A DNA stretch of 64,000 nucleotides from an uncultured Actinomycetes bacterium (GCA_963709345.1 CAVPVX010000011.1:128001-192000), one strand, 5' to 3'. Counted from the first letter of the stretch, positions 31,040 through 41,316 are shown. The notes: generated by a model from the letters alone, not told the origin. A program made the numbers and translations.

Positions 31040-31894
31040 ATGACCTCTTCTCCCATCGACAACCAGCAGCTCGCCGGCCTGCCCATCGGCATGTTCGACT
31101 CGGGTATGGGCGGTCTCACCGTGCTCCACGAGTGCCTCGTCCGGCTGCCCGGCGAGCACTTCGCCTACGTCGGCGACACGGCGCGCTTCCCGTATGGCGA
31201 GAAGAGCCCGGCCGAGCTCGAGCTGTTCTCGCGCCAGATCACCGCGTTTCTGGAGACCGTCCCGGTCAAGCTCGTCGTCGTCGCCTGCTACTCGGCCACG
31301 TCCGCGGCGCTGCCGGTGCTGCAGGAGCGCTTCGACACGCCGATCATCGGCGTCGTCATGCCGGGGGCGCGAGCCGCCGTGGAGAGCTCGCGCTACCGTC
31401 GCATCGGCGTCCTGGCCACCGCGGCCACCGTGGCGAGCGGCGCCTACCCGCGCGCCATCCACAGCCTCGACTCCGGCGCCGAGGTCATCCAGCAGGCCTG
31501 CCCGGGCCTCGTCGACTTCATCGAGGCCGGCGACGTCGCCAGCCAGGAGCTGGCCGACGCGGTGCGCGGCTTCACCGAGCCGCTCAAGGCGCAGCGGCCG
31601 GACGTCGTGATCATGGGCTGCACGCACTACCCGCTGATCGCGCCCATGCTGCAGCGCTTTCTGGGCCGGGATGTCGCGCTCATCAACCCGGCCGCCGAGA
31701 TCGCGCGAGAGGTCGAAGAGGTCCTCGCGCGCCAGCACGTCGAGCGGCCCGGCGAGAGTATGGGCTCGTACCGCTTCTACGCGACCGGTGACGTGGAGCG
31801 GTTCCGCTCGACGGGTGCGCGCTTTCTGCAGATGCCGCTCACCCGGGTCCGGGCGCTCCCGCTCGAGAAGCTCAACGAGTTCGTTGCGCCATGA
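31040..31894 (+). CDS. murI: Glutamate racemase
   Basis: Motifs FDSGMGGLTV, PYG, ACYSAT, GCTHY. Confidence 0.93.
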   Translation: MTSSPIDNQQLAGLPIGMFDSGMGGLTVLHECLVRLPGEHFAYVGDTARFPYGEKSPAELELFSRQITAFLETVPVKLVVVACYSATSAALPVLQERFDTPIIGVVMPGARAAVESSRYRRIGVLATAATVASGAYPRAIHSLDSGAEVIQQACPGLVDFIEAGDVASQELADAVRGFTEPLKAQRPDVVIMGCTHYPLIAPMLQRFLGRDVALINPAAEIAREVEEVLARQHVERPGESMGSYRFYATGDVERFRSTGARFLQMPLTRVRALPLEKLNEFVAP

Positions 31895-32373
31895 CGAGCC
31901 GCTTTCTCGCGCGGGCGGCGGTGTACGCCGCCCTGTACGCCGCGCTCACGCTCGCGCCCGGCCTGAACGCCCTTGCGTACGGACCGGTGCAGTTTCGCCT
32001 CTCGGAGGCGCTGCTCGTCTTCGCGTGCATCGACCCGGCGGCCGTCGTCGGCCTCACGGTGGGCACCGGCTTCGGCAATCTGGCCAGCCCCATGATGCCG
32101 CTCGACCTCGTGCTCGGGTCGGCTCTCACCCTGGTGGCCGCGAGCTTCATGCACGTCGTGGGGCCGCGCGTCGTCGCGCTGCTCGCGCCGGTGGTCGTCA
32201 ACGCCCTGGGTGTGGCGGCGATGCTCGCCTTCGTCCTGGGGTTCCCGTACTGGGCGAGCGTCGTCTGGGTCGGGCTCGGCGAGGCGGTCGTGATGTTCAC
32301 TGCCGGGCTCGCGCTGCTCTTCGTGGTGCGCCGGCACCGCGACCTGTTCGGGATCATGCTACCGGCCGCCTGA
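31891..32373 (+). CDS. queT: QueT family transporter
   Basis: AALYAALT...YGPVQFRLSEAL motif. Confidence 0.8.
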   Translation: MTSRFLARAAVYAALYAALTLAPGLNALAYGPVQFRLSEALLVFACIDPAAVVGLTVGTGFGNLASPMMPLDLVLGSALTLVAASFMHVVGPRVVALLAPVVVNALGVAAMLAFVLGFPYWASVVWVGLGEAVVMFTAGLALLFVVRRHRDLFGIMLPAA

Positions 32374-32413
32374 GGGCGAGCCGCAGCCGCTTGCGGGCGG
32401 CGAGGAGGACGAC

Positions 32414-33133
32414 GTGAGACATGGACGCAAGCTGGACGAGCTCCGGCCGGTGAGCATCACGCCGGCGGTGGCCAAGTTCGCCGCCGGCTCCGCACGCATC
32501 GAGCTCGGCGACACGCACGTCTTCTGCACGGCGTCGCTCAGCGATGGTGTGCCGGGCTGGTTGCGCGGCTCCGGTCGCGGCTGGCTCACGGCCGAGTACA
32601 GCATGCTGCCGGGCGCAACGCCCTCGCGCACCGCGCGCGAGGCCGTCCGTGGTCGGCAGAGCGGTCGCACCATGGAGATCCAGCGCCTGATCGGCCGCAG
32701 CCTCCGCGGCGTCATGGATCTCGGCATCATCGGCGAGCGCACCATCGCCGTCGACTGTGACGTGCTGCAGGCCGACGGAGGCACGCGCACGGCGAGCATC
32801 ACCGGCGCGTACGTGGCCGTCTACCAGGTCGCGCTCGCCATCAAGGAACTCCTCGGCCTGCATGAGGTGCCGCTCTTCGATTCCATCGCCGCCGTGTCCG
32901 CCGGTATCGTCGACGGCGAGGCCAGGCTCGACCTCGACTACGAGGAGGATTCGTCCGCGGAGGTCGACCTCAACGCGGTGATCACCGGTGACGGGCGCCT
33001 CGTGGAGGTGCAGGCGACGGCCGAGGGCGAGCCGTACTCACGGCCGGCGCTCGAGGCGATGCTCGATCTGGCGGCCGCGGGCGCGGCCTCTCTGGCGGCC
33101 GCGCAGACGGCGGCCGTCGCGGAACTGGGGTAG
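32414..33133 (+). CDS. rph: Ribonuclease PH
   Basis: Motifs GWLTAEYSMLP, EIQRLIGRSLR, DCDVLQADGGTRTASITG, DLDYEEDS. Confidence 0.97.
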   Translation: MRHGRKLDELRPVSITPAVAKFAAGSARIELGDTHVFCTASLSDGVPGWLRGSGRGWLTAEYSMLPGATPSRTAREAVRGRQSGRTMEIQRLIGRSLRGVMDLGIIGERTIAVDCDVLQADGGTRTASITGAYVAVYQVALAIKELLGLHEVPLFDSIAAVSAGIVDGEARLDLDYEEDSSAEVDLNAVITGDGRLVEVQATAEGEPYSRPALEAMLDLAAAGAASLAAAQTAAVAELG

Positions 33134-33141
33134 GGAGCGGC

Positions 33142-33837
33142 GTGCGCTTCATGCTGGCCACCGGCAACCGCCACAAGCTCGGGGAGTTCCGGCAGATCTT
33201 GACGCCGTGTGAGGTCGTGCCGATGCCGGGCTGGGTGGAGTTGCCGCCGGAGGGGGTCACCTCGTTCGCGGAGAACGCGCTGGGCAAGGCCGAGGGTCTC
33301 GCGCAGGCTCTTGCGGCGGGGGCGCCGCCGGGCGCCTCGACGGACCACGGCGGGGTGATCGCCGGTCCCGCCGCCGGCTCTCCCGGCGCCGGGCCCGGCC
33401 TCTTCTGTCTCGCGGACGACTCCGGCCTCGAGGTCGAGGCGCTGGGGTGGGCGCCGGGCGTCACCAGCGCCCGCTACGCGGGCGTCGACGGGCCCGGCGC
33501 CGACGCCGCCAATGTGGGGCGCCTCCTGCGCGAGATGGCCGGCCTCGCCGGCCCGCTCGCGCGCCGGGCTCGCTTTGTCTGCGCGGTTGTCGTCGTGGCG
33601 CCCGACATGAAACACTACGCGGCAACGGGATACTGGTGGGGCGCCATCGCGGACGCTCCGCGCGGTGAGGGCGGGTTCGGCTACGACCCCGTCTTCGTCC
33701 CGGAAGGGTCAGACCTGACTGTGGCCGAGTGGTCGCAGGATGCCAAGGACCAGGCCAGTCACCGCGCGCTGGCCGGCAGGGCCCTCGTCGATGTCTTGCG
33801 ACGGGAGGGTCTGCAGAATGGGAATCAGGGCACCTAG
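33142..33837 (+). CDS. rdgB: Non-canonical purine NTP pyrophosphatase
   Basis: Motifs ATGNRHKL, ADDSGL, SARYAG, GFGYDPVF, SHR. Confidence 0.93.
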   Translation: MRFMLATGNRHKLGEFRQILTPCEVVPMPGWVELPPEGVTSFAENALGKAEGLAQALAAGAPPGASTDHGGVIAGPAAGSPGAGPGLFCLADDSGLEVEALGWAPGVTSARYAGVDGPGADAANVGRLLREMAGLAGPLARRARFVCAVVVVAPDMKHYAATGYWWGAIADAPRGEGGFGYDPVFVPEGSDLTVAEWSQDAKDQASHRALAGRALVDVLRREGLQNGNQGT

Positions 33838-34762
33838 GCGGGGCGAGCCCGTCGCCTCGACGGAAGATCTCACCAACCACACGCTCAAGTCGCGAGCTGC
33901 CTCGGTCTCGATCGCCTCCAACTCCGTCCTCATCGTCTTCAAGCTCGTCGTCGGCGTCCTCTCCGGCTCCATCGCGATCATGTCCGAGGCGCTGCACTCG
34001 GGTTCCGACCTCGTGGCGGCGCTGATCGCCTTCTGGTCGGTGCGCCGCGCCGCGGAGCCCCCGGACGAACGCCACCACTACGGCCACGAGAAGGTCGAGA
34101 ACCTGAGCGGCGTCGTCGAGGCGCTGCTCATCATCGCTGCCGCCGGTGTGATCATCTACGAGGGCGTGATGAAGCTCATCGACGGCCCCGAGCTCGACCG
34201 CATCTGGCTCGGGATCGGCGTGATGGTCATCTCGGGCCTGACGAACCTCGTCGTCTCACTCAAGGTCCTCTACCCGGTCGCGCGGCGCACGGAGTCGGCC
34301 GCTCTCGAGGCCGACGCGGCGCATCTGCTCACGGATGTGTACACCTCCTTCGGCGTGGCCTTCGGCCTGTTGCTCGTCAAGCTGACGGGGTGGCCCTACT
34401 TCGACCCCATCGCCGCCATCGGCGTCGCCCTCCTCATCATCAGAACGGGCTACGTGCTCGTGCTCGGGTCGACTCGCGTACTCCTCGACGAGACGCTGCC
34501 GGAGGACGAGCTCGATGAGATCCGGCGCTGCGTTCGCGAGCACCGCGGCGACATCATCTGGGGCTACCACAAGCTGCGCGCCCGCCGGGCCGGCAGCCGC
34601 CGCCACGTCGATCTGCACGTCACCGTCGACGACGATCTCACCGTCGCCGAGGCGCACGAGATCGCCGAGCACATCGAGGCGGACATCCGGAACTGCGTGC
34701 CCAACACCGATGTGCTCGTCCACATCGAGCCACGGACGCACGACCGCGTCGACGGTAGCTGA
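33818..34762 (+). CDS. Cation diffusion facilitator
   Basis: Motifs ALHSGSD, HHYGHEKVE, ADAAHLLTD, HIEP. Confidence 0.9.
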   Translation: MGIRAPRRGEPVASTEDLTNHTLKSRAASVSIASNSVLIVFKLVVGVLSGSIAIMSEALHSGSDLVAALIAFWSVRRAAEPPDERHHYGHEKVENLSGVVEALLIIAAAGVIIYEGVMKLIDGPELDRIWLGIGVMVISGLTNLVVSLKVLYPVARRTESAALEADAAHLLTDVYTSFGVAFGLLLVKLTGWPYFDPIAAIGVALLIIRTGYVLVLGSTRVLLDETLPEDELDEIRRCVREHRGDIIWGYHKLRARRAGSRRHVDLHVTVDDDLTVAEAHEIAEHIEADIRNCVPNTDVLVHIEPRTHDRVDGS

Positions 34763-34823
34763 GCGGCGGCCGGGCCGGCTTCGCCCGCCGGCCACCGTGC
34801 CTGCAGACGGTTGCGCCTCGCCG

Positions 34824-36092
34824 TCAGGTGAAGAGCGGGGAGGCCAGCAGCGCGACGCTCAGCGCGATGAGCGTGCCGGTGAACGTCCAGGCGAGGATGT
34901 TGCGGAAGCGGCCGTTCACGTACTTGCCCATCACCCGCGGATCGTTGATGAGCAACAGGGTGAACACGAGGATCACCGGCAGCAGGACGCCGTTCAGCGA
35001 CTGGGCGACGAGGATGACCTTGACGAGCGGCAGGCCCGGGATCATCGCGACCGCGGCCGGGACGATCATCAGGAACGTGATGAGGCCGTTGAAGACCGGC
35101 GCCTCGCGGAACGAGTTGTCGAGGCCGGACTCGAAGCCGAAGGCTTCGCAGACCACGTAGGCGGTGGCGAGCGGCAGGACGCCGGCGGCGAGGATGGAGA
35201 CGCTGAGCAGCCCGATGCCGAAGAGGTACTTCGCCGCGACTCCGAGAAACGGTTGCAGCGCCATCGCCGCCTGCTCGGCAGACTCGATGACCGTCCCTTC
35301 CGCGAAGAGCGTCGCCGCGCAGGCGACGACGATGAAGAAATCGATGGTGGTCATGAACAGCGAGCCGGCGTAGATCTCGTACTTCGTGTACATGTACTGC
35401 TTGATCGGCACCTTCTTGTCGACCACTGCCGCCTGGATGTAGAACTGGCCCCAGGGGGTCAGCGTGGTGCCCACGGCGGCGATGGCCGTGAATATCCACA
35501 GGGTGTTCCACTCCATGTGCGGCGTTACCGCGCCGCGGGCGGCGGCCGTCCAGTCCGGGCCGGCCATGATCCCCGCGACGACGTAGGTGAGCAGCACGAA
35601 GCCGAGCGCCAGGAGCACGCGCTCGACCTTGCGGTAGGACCCGTGGATGACGAGCAGCCAGATCGCGATGACGACGACCGGGACGCCAACGAAGGGCGGC
35701 ACGCCGAAGAGGCTTCCGGCCGCGGCGACGCCCGAGAACTCCGCCACGGTCGTGCCGAAGTTGGCGACGAACACGGCGAGGATCGCGAGGGCCGTCACCT
35801 TGAGGCTGAAGTTCTCTCGGATGAGGGCGGCCAGTCCGCGCCCGGTGACGACGCCGACACGGGCGTTCATCTCCTGCACCACCGCGAGCACCGGCGTCAT
35901 GATCACAAGCAGCCAGATCATGCTGTAGCCGTAGCGGGAGCCGATCACCGACCAGGTGGTGATGCCCCCGGCGTCGTTACCCGCGTTGGCGGCGATGAAG
36001 CCCGGCCCGACCATCGCGAGGATGACGAGCAGGCGGGTACGGCCGACGCGGCCGGCGAGGCGACGGCCTACTGTGGCGGGAGAGCGCACCAT
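34824..36092 (-). CDS. Nramp-related (NRMT-type) divalent cation transporter, probably Mg2+
   Basis: Motifs GPGFIAANAGNDAGG, VQEMNAR, GTTLTPWGQF. Downstream of an MgtE cytosolic-domain gene and an M-box. Confidence 0.85.
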   Translation of the reverse strand: MVRSPATVGRRLAGRVGRTRLLVILAMVGPGFIAANAGNDAGGITTWSVIGSRYGYSMIWLLVIMTPVLAVVQEMNARVGVVTGRGLAALIRENFSLKVTALAILAVFVANFGTTVAEFSGVAAAGSLFGVPPFVGVPVVVIAIWLLVIHGSYRKVERVLLALGFVLLTYVVAGIMAGPDWTAAARGAVTPHMEWNTLWIFTAIAAVGTTLTPWGQFYIQAAVVDKKVPIKQYMYTKYEIYAGSLFMTTIDFFIVVACAATLFAEGTVIESAEQAAMALQPFLGVAAKYLFGIGLLSVSILAAGVLPLATAYVVCEAFGFESGLDNSFREAPVFNGLITFLMIVPAAVAMIPGLPLVKVILVAQSLNGVLLPVILVFTLLLINDPRVMGKYVNGRFRNILAWTFTGTLIALSVALLASPLFT

Positions 36093-36102
36093 CGAGGCCT
36101 CC

Positions 36103-37353
36103 TCAATGGAAGATCCTCGGCAGGCGCTTCTTCCAGGCGAGCGGAAGCACCAGGTCGATGGCGTCGTCGATGGTGATGATGCCGTGCAGCTCGCCCTCGT
36201 CGTCGACGACGGGCAGGGCGAGCAGGTTGTACTTGGCGATGACCTCTGTGATCTCGTCTTCGTCGGCGTCCGTCCGCACCGCGACCGGGTGCTCGGTCAT
36301 GAAGTCGCGCACCTTCTTCTCCGGCGGCGTCATCAGGAGGTCGCGCAGCGAGAAGACTCCGCGCAGGTGCTCGGAGCGGTCCACGACGTAGATGTAATAG
36401 ACGGTCTCGGCGTCTTCTTCCTGCTCGCGCAGCCGTTTCGTTGCCTCGGCGGAGGTGTCGTCCAGTCTCGCCCACGCGTAGTGCGTCGTCATGATGCCGC
36501 CGGCGGAGTTCTCCGGGTAGCTGAGCAGCTCGCGCATGTCCTCGGCGTCGTCCTGCTCCATCATCGCGATGAAGTGCTGGCGACGGTCGTCGGGCAGGTC
36601 GGCGAGGAGGTCCGCGGCGTCGTCCGGCGACATCTCGTTGAGGATCTCGCTCGCCTTGTCGTCCGGAAGATCGAGCAGCAGCGACGTCTGATACGACGGG
36701 TGCATCTCTTCGAAGGCGTCGGCGGCAAGATCGTCCTCGAGTTCGTCGAACACGGCCGCCCGCTCCTCGGGGGAGAGCTCGTGCACGAGCTCGGCGATGT
36801 CGGCCGGGTGGAGCAGTTCGAGCTTGGTCTGCGGCACGGCGAGGCGCACGGCGGCCTCGTCCGTGTGTTCGATGTCGACGTCCTTCCAGTCGATCAGGTG
36901 TGGCCGGGGGCGCTGGCGTGTCTTGGCGAGCCTGTCGCCGACCTTCGCCAGCCCGACGCGGCGGAGGATCGCGCTGCTCGAGACGTCGACGGCGGCGACG
37001 TGGACGAAGGGGCCGTTGCGCAGGAGCTGGATGTCGTTGACGCGGATGACCTTGCGACCCTCGGTGTCGACCAGTTGCTTGTCGAGGAAGGTGGCCGAGA
37101 GGGGGAGTTCGTCCGGCTGGAGCTCACGCTCGCCCAGCTCGGCCGCCGGGATCCGCAGCAGCAGGCCCGACTCCTCGAAGCTGGAGACAGCGTCCCACGG
37201 CGCGTACAGCGTGCGGCCGCGACGCCGGACGCCGACCGCGGTCACGCGGGGGTAGGCTTGTCTCGTGCTCACCACCAGGTCGTGGAGCGTGCCGGCGGAC
37301 TTGTTGGCGACGTCCTTGACCGGGCTGCCGAGCAGCTTGCTCAGGTAGAACAC
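36103..37353 (-). CDS. MgtE-like cytosolic protein (PRC-like + MgtE_N + 2 CBS, no TM domain)
   Basis: Motifs LHPADIA, MSPDDAADL, SAGGIMT, IYVVD, ITIDDAID. GAAGGAGG RBS before the GTG at 37353. Confidence 0.85.
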   Translation of the reverse strand: MFYLSKLLGSPVKDVANKSAGTLHDLVVSTRQAYPRVTAVGVRRRGRTLYAPWDAVSSFEESGLLLRIPAAELGERELQPDELPLSATFLDKQLVDTEGRKVIRVNDIQLLRNGPFVHVAAVDVSSSAILRRVGLAKVGDRLAKTRQRPRPHLIDWKDVDIEHTDEAAVRLAVPQTKLELLHPADIAELVHELSPEERAAVFDELEDDLAADAFEEMHPSYQTSLLLDLPDDKASEILNEMSPDDAADLLADLPDDRRQHFIAMMEQDDAEDMRELLSYPENSAGGIMTTHYAWARLDDTSAEATKRLREQEEDAETVYYIYVVDRSEHLRGVFSLRDLLMTPPEKKVRDFMTEHPVAVRTDADEDEITEVIAKYNLLALPVVDDEGELHGIITIDDAIDLVLPLAWKKRLPRIFH

Positions 37354-37395
37354 GGGCCTCACCTCCTTCGCGCTGCATGCCGACGATGGGCATAC

Positions 37396-37417
37396 AAAAA
37401 CCTCCCTCGCGGAAGGC
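37396..37417 (-). terminator. Intrinsic terminator, expression platform of the M-box
   Basis: Minus strand reads GCCTTCC-GCGA-GGGAGGT-TTTT. Confidence 0.75.
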
Positions 37418-37443
37418 TCCGGGCGCGCAGCCGAAGGGGGCGA

Positions 37444-37605
37444 TCCTCACTCGTCCACAGCTTTAGCACAACACACCGTAGAGGACGAAGCCTCAGCCGT
37501 TTTGGGCAAAACCTTGAGCCGGTAGTGCCTGTTCTACCCGTTGGCGTCTCTGGACGTTTCCGGGCAACGGCCTTTTTGTGTGCCGGAGCCTCACCTAACG
37601 AGGAA
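37444..37605 (-). ncRNA. M-box (ykoK) Mg2+ riboswitch
   Basis: Minus strand reads CTCGTTAGGTGAGGCTCC...TGCCCGGAAACGTCCAGAGACGCCAACGGGTAGAACAGG...AAGG...GTGCTAAAGCT...GAGTGAG, which matches the ykoK consensus blocks. It lies upstream of Mg transport genes. Confidence 0.92.
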
Positions 37606-37741
37606 TGCGCCGTACGTGACGCTCACGAAACGTACCCCCGCGACACGACACTGTCAAGGTGGGGCCGGTGGTATACTGGGCTTCGTCGAGGTCGGCGCCG
37701 GGCATGGTGCCGGCCTCAGTGCGGAGGCGACAGGAGGGCTC

Positions 37742-38698
37742 GTGATCATCACCGTCACCCCGAACGCCGCGGTCGACAAGACGCTCACCGTGCCGAACTT
37801 CCAGACCGGCTACCGTCACCGGGCCAGCGAGAGCCTCACACTCCCGGGCGGCAAGGGCGTCAACGTTGCCCGGGCCCTCAAGGCGCTCGACGAGCCGGTG
37901 GTCGTCACCGGTCTCATCGGTGGGCGCGCCGGCCAGCAGATCATCGAGGGTCTGCAGCGCGAGAACATCCTGAGTGATTTCGTCCACATCGGTGGTGAGT
38001 CCCGTACCTCCACGGCGGTCGTCGACCCCACCACCATGACCCAGACCGAGGTCGTCGAGTACGGCCCCATCGTCACCGAGCCGGAGACCGCGGCTCTGCT
38101 GGACAAGATCGAGTACCTGGCCAAGGGCTCCCGCTTCGTGGTGCTTGCCGGGTCGCTGCCGCGCAAGATGCCGGAGGACTTCTACGCGACGGCGCTGCAG
38201 CGCATCCGCCGCCACCGCTGCTTCGTCATCCTCGACAGCGCCGGCGAACCCCTGCGCCTTGGAGTGCGCGGCCGTCCCAATCTGATCGTGCCCAACCTCC
38301 GTGAGGCCGAAGACCTCGTCGGCCACGAGTTCCACGAGGATCAGGACGTCGTCGACGCGACGGCCATGATCGCCGACCTCGGCGCCCGTAACGTCGTCGT
38401 CAAGACGCCCCACGGCTGCGTGGCTCGCTTCCAGTTGGGGCGCAAGCAGCGGGTCTTCCGCGCCTCCATCAGCCCGCTCGAGTCGGTGATCAGCACGGTC
38501 GGGTCCGGCGACGCCTTTCTCGCCGGCTTCATCAGCGCGCGCTTCCGCAAGCTGGAGCTCGCGGAGTGTCTCAGGCACGCGCTCGCCGTAGGCGCCGCCA
38601 ACACGCAGCGGTTCGGCGCCGGGGTCCTCGACGCGGAGACTGCGGAGAAGCTTCTCGAGACCGCCGAGGTCGAGGAGCTCGGCGGGCGCCGCAACTGA
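37742..38698 (+). CDS. 1-phosphofructokinase family (PfkB/FruK) kinase
   Basis: Motifs TVTPNAAVD, GGKGVNVA, GSLP, TVGSGDAFLAG. Confidence 0.88.
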   Translation: MIITVTPNAAVDKTLTVPNFQTGYRHRASESLTLPGGKGVNVARALKALDEPVVVTGLIGGRAGQQIIEGLQRENILSDFVHIGGESRTSTAVVDPTTMTQTEVVEYGPIVTEPETAALLDKIEYLAKGSRFVVLAGSLPRKMPEDFYATALQRIRRHRCFVILDSAGEPLRLGVRGRPNLIVPNLREAEDLVGHEFHEDQDVVDATAMIADLGARNVVVKTPHGCVARFQLGRKQRVFRASISPLESVISTVGSGDAFLAGFISARFRKLELAECLRHALAVGAANTQRFGAGVLDAETAEKLLETAEVEELGGRRN

Positions 38699-38803
38699 AG
38701 GGCGGCGTTCTTCTCCGCTCTGGTCCCTAAAGGCCGCGCGTTCGTCTGTCGACAATGGTCGGGAGGCCTGGCGGGCGGCGTCGCATGACACGCGTCCCGG
38801 GGC

Positions 38804-40219
38804 ATGCGGACTGACGCGAGCGAGGGGACGATCATCGACAAACTGGCCGGCACGGTCCTGCTGCACGTTCAGACCGCGGCCGTCGCCGTGGACGAGAGCG
38901 GCCGCGTCGGCGTCTTCAATCCTGCCGCGGCGCGCGTGCTCGGGGTCGAGATCGAGGAGGTCCTGGGGCGCGAACTCGAGGACCTCGACTCAGGCGAGCC
39001 GGCGCTGGCGGCGCTGGCCGCCGTCCTGCTCGAGGCTCGCCGCACGGGCCGGGCGGCGGCGCGCCGCCAGGTGGACGTCGAGACGCCCGGCGGCACGCGC
39101 ACCCTCGGGTACACCGTGTCGCTTCTCGGCGGCGGCGGCGCCACCGCCCTCTTCTTCGCCGACCTCACCGACGCCCTGGCCGAAGAACGGCGCGCGGCCG
39201 AGGCCCAGCGGTTCGCCGAGGTCGGTCGCATCGCCGGCGCGATGGCTCACGAGCTCAAATCACCGCTGGCTACCGTCGAGCTCTACGTGAACCTGCTGAG
39301 ACGGGAGCTCGGCGATGACGCCGCCGCCACCCGGAACCTCGACGTGATCAAAGACCAGACCCGCGTCTGCCTCGATCGCATCGGCGCGATCATGCACTCG
39401 ATCAACCCCGACGCCGCGCGCAGCGGCGGCATGACGCTCACGCCCGTACTGCCGGTCGTCCGCGATGTCGTCACGGGGCTGCGGCGCCGCAGCGAGGGCG
39501 CCGAAGTGAGACTTCGGGTCGCGTGCGATCACCCGCGTGCGGCGCTCGCCGTCAACGACCTGCGCTCGGTGGTCGGCAACCTGATCGTCAATGCGCTCGA
39601 GGTCACGGCCGGCAAGGGGCCGGTGACCGTCACCGTCCGCAGTGACGCCGACACGGCGACGGTGACGGTCGCAGATCGCGGCCCCGGGTTGCCCGACAGG
39701 GACGTCTTCGAAGCCTTCTTCACGACGAAGTCGAGCGGCACCGGTCTTGGCCTGTGGCTCGTGCGCCGGCTGGTGGAGGACGCGGGCGGCAGCATCGTCT
39801 CGGGCGACCGCCGCGGGGGCGGCGCGGTGTTCACGGTGAGGCTGCCGCTGCCTCGTCACGAGCGGCTGCGGGGAGCGGAGGTGCTCGTCGTCGAAGACGA
39901 CGCGCCGCTCCGCGCCGCGACCGCCTCCGCGCTCGAGGCGTGCGGCGCGCGCGTGACTGCCGTCGTCTCGGGGAAGGACGTCTTTCTGGAGGCCGAACGC
40001 TGGGGGTGCGCCGTCCTCGACTACCATCTGCCGGACATGAACGGCATCCAGATAGCGTCGCGCCTGGCTCCCGCCACGCCCGTCCTGCTGGTCAGTGGCG
40101 ACCCGGCGGCCGGGCCGGCGCTGGCGGAGGTGCGCGGGAGGCGCGCCTGGTACCTGCCGAAACCCTTCGAGGTCGACCAGTATCTCGACCTCGTCTCACT
40201 GCTGCTGGGGGCGAAATGA
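38804..40219 (+). CDS. Hybrid sensor histidine kinase (PAS-HisKA-HATPase-receiver)
   Basis: Motifs AHELKSPL, NLIVNA, DRGPG, GTGLGL, VVEDD...DYHLPDMNG...KP. Confidence 0.9.
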   Translation: MRTDASEGTIIDKLAGTVLLHVQTAAVAVDESGRVGVFNPAAARVLGVEIEEVLGRELEDLDSGEPALAALAAVLLEARRTGRAAARRQVDVETPGGTRTLGYTVSLLGGGGATALFFADLTDALAEERRAAEAQRFAEVGRIAGAMAHELKSPLATVELYVNLLRRELGDDAAATRNLDVIKDQTRVCLDRIGAIMHSINPDAARSGGMTLTPVLPVVRDVVTGLRRRSEGAEVRLRVACDHPRAALAVNDLRSVVGNLIVNALEVTAGKGPVTVTVRSDADTATVTVADRGPGLPDRDVFEAFFTTKSSGTGLGLWLVRRLVEDAGGSIVSGDRRGGGAVFTVRLPLPRHERLRGAEVLVVEDDAPLRAATASALEACGARVTAVVSGKDVFLEAERWGCAVLDYHLPDMNGIQIASRLAPATPVLLVSGDPAAGPALAEVRGRRAWYLPKPFEVDQYLDLVSLLLGAK

Positions 40220-40878
40220 TCGACAAGGGAAGAGTCATCATCGCGGACGACCACGGGTTGTTCCGCCAGGGGCTGAAGCAACTCCTGGAGGCTGAAGGCT
40301 ACGAGGTGGCTGCCGAGGCGCAGACCGGCGACGAGGCGCTCGCCCGCGTCGCCGAGCACCCCGGCTGCGTCCTGCTTCTCGACATCGCCATGCCGGGGAT
40401 GAGCGGTCTCGATGTGGCGCGCCGTCTGGGTGAGCGCGGCGACGACGTCAAGGTCGTCATGCTGAGCGCCCGCGAGGACCGGGACGCGCTCTTCAGCGCC
40501 ATCTCCGCCGGCGCCCGCGGCTACGTCGCCAAGGACGCCGAGCCGGACCAGCTCTTCGCCGCCATCGACCTCGTGCTGCGGGGCGGCACGGTGCTCAGCA
40601 CCGGCGTGGCGCAGAACCTCGGCGAGGGCATCCGCCAGCTCGACTACGCCCCCGGCGCCTACGAACAGCGACGTCTTGACCTCACCGACCGCGAGCTCGA
40701 GATACTGCGTATGCTGGCGACGCCCAGGTCGCCGGCGCAGATGGCGTCGCAGCTCTTCCTCAGCAAGAAGACGGTGCAGAACCACATCTCCGCGATCTAC
40801 CGCAAGCTCGACGTGCGCAGCCGCTCCGAGGCCATCGTCAAGGGCATGGAGCTGCACCTCATCGACAGCAAGGGCTGA
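40216..40878 (+). CDS. NarL/LuxR response regulator
   Basis: Motifs ADDH, LDIAMP, LTDRELEIL, TVQNHISAIYRKL. Confidence 0.92.
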   Translation: MIDKGRVIIADDHGLFRQGLKQLLEAEGYEVAAEAQTGDEALARVAEHPGCVLLLDIAMPGMSGLDVARRLGERGDDVKVVMLSAREDRDALFSAISAGARGYVAKDAEPDQLFAAIDLVLRGGTVLSTGVAQNLGEGIRQLDYAPGAYEQRRLDLTDRELEILRMLATPRSPAQMASQLFLSKKTVQNHISAIYRKLDVRSRSEAIVKGMELHLIDSKG

Positions 40879-41277
40879 GGCCGGCCCGCCTTCGGGGTCG
40901 GCCCGGCATCCGGCGGCCTCCTCCCTTCGATCCGGGGGCGCGTGCCTATGGTGATGGGGAATCCCGCGGACGATTCTCTAGAGTGCAGGAGGAGATCCCG
41001 CCGGACCGCGCGGAGATGCGAAAGAGAGCCCCACGGGGCCCCGGCAGACGGTCCGGCGGGACCTCTCTAAGCTTCTCTGAAGGGAGGCGGCGCACCGGTC
41101 GAGTCTCACTTCCCATCGCCTTGCCTGGCCTCCATTGGGGCGGGCGCCGGTCCGCGGGGACCGGCGCCCGCCCCGGCCACGTACGGTCATGTTGACCCTC
41201 CCCGGGGCCGCTGGTAGAGTCGGACGACATTGCCACGAGAGGCAGTCAGCTCACACAGAAGCATAGCCCAGAGCCCA

Positions 41278-41316
41278 GAGACCCCGGCAGTACGTCCGTG
41301 CCCGGGTCTTTTCTTT
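41278..41316 (+). terminator. Terminator-like hairpin in the guaB leader
   Basis: AGACCCcGGCA...TGCCCGGGTCT followed by TTTCTTT, about 30 nt before the guaB start. Confidence 0.65.
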
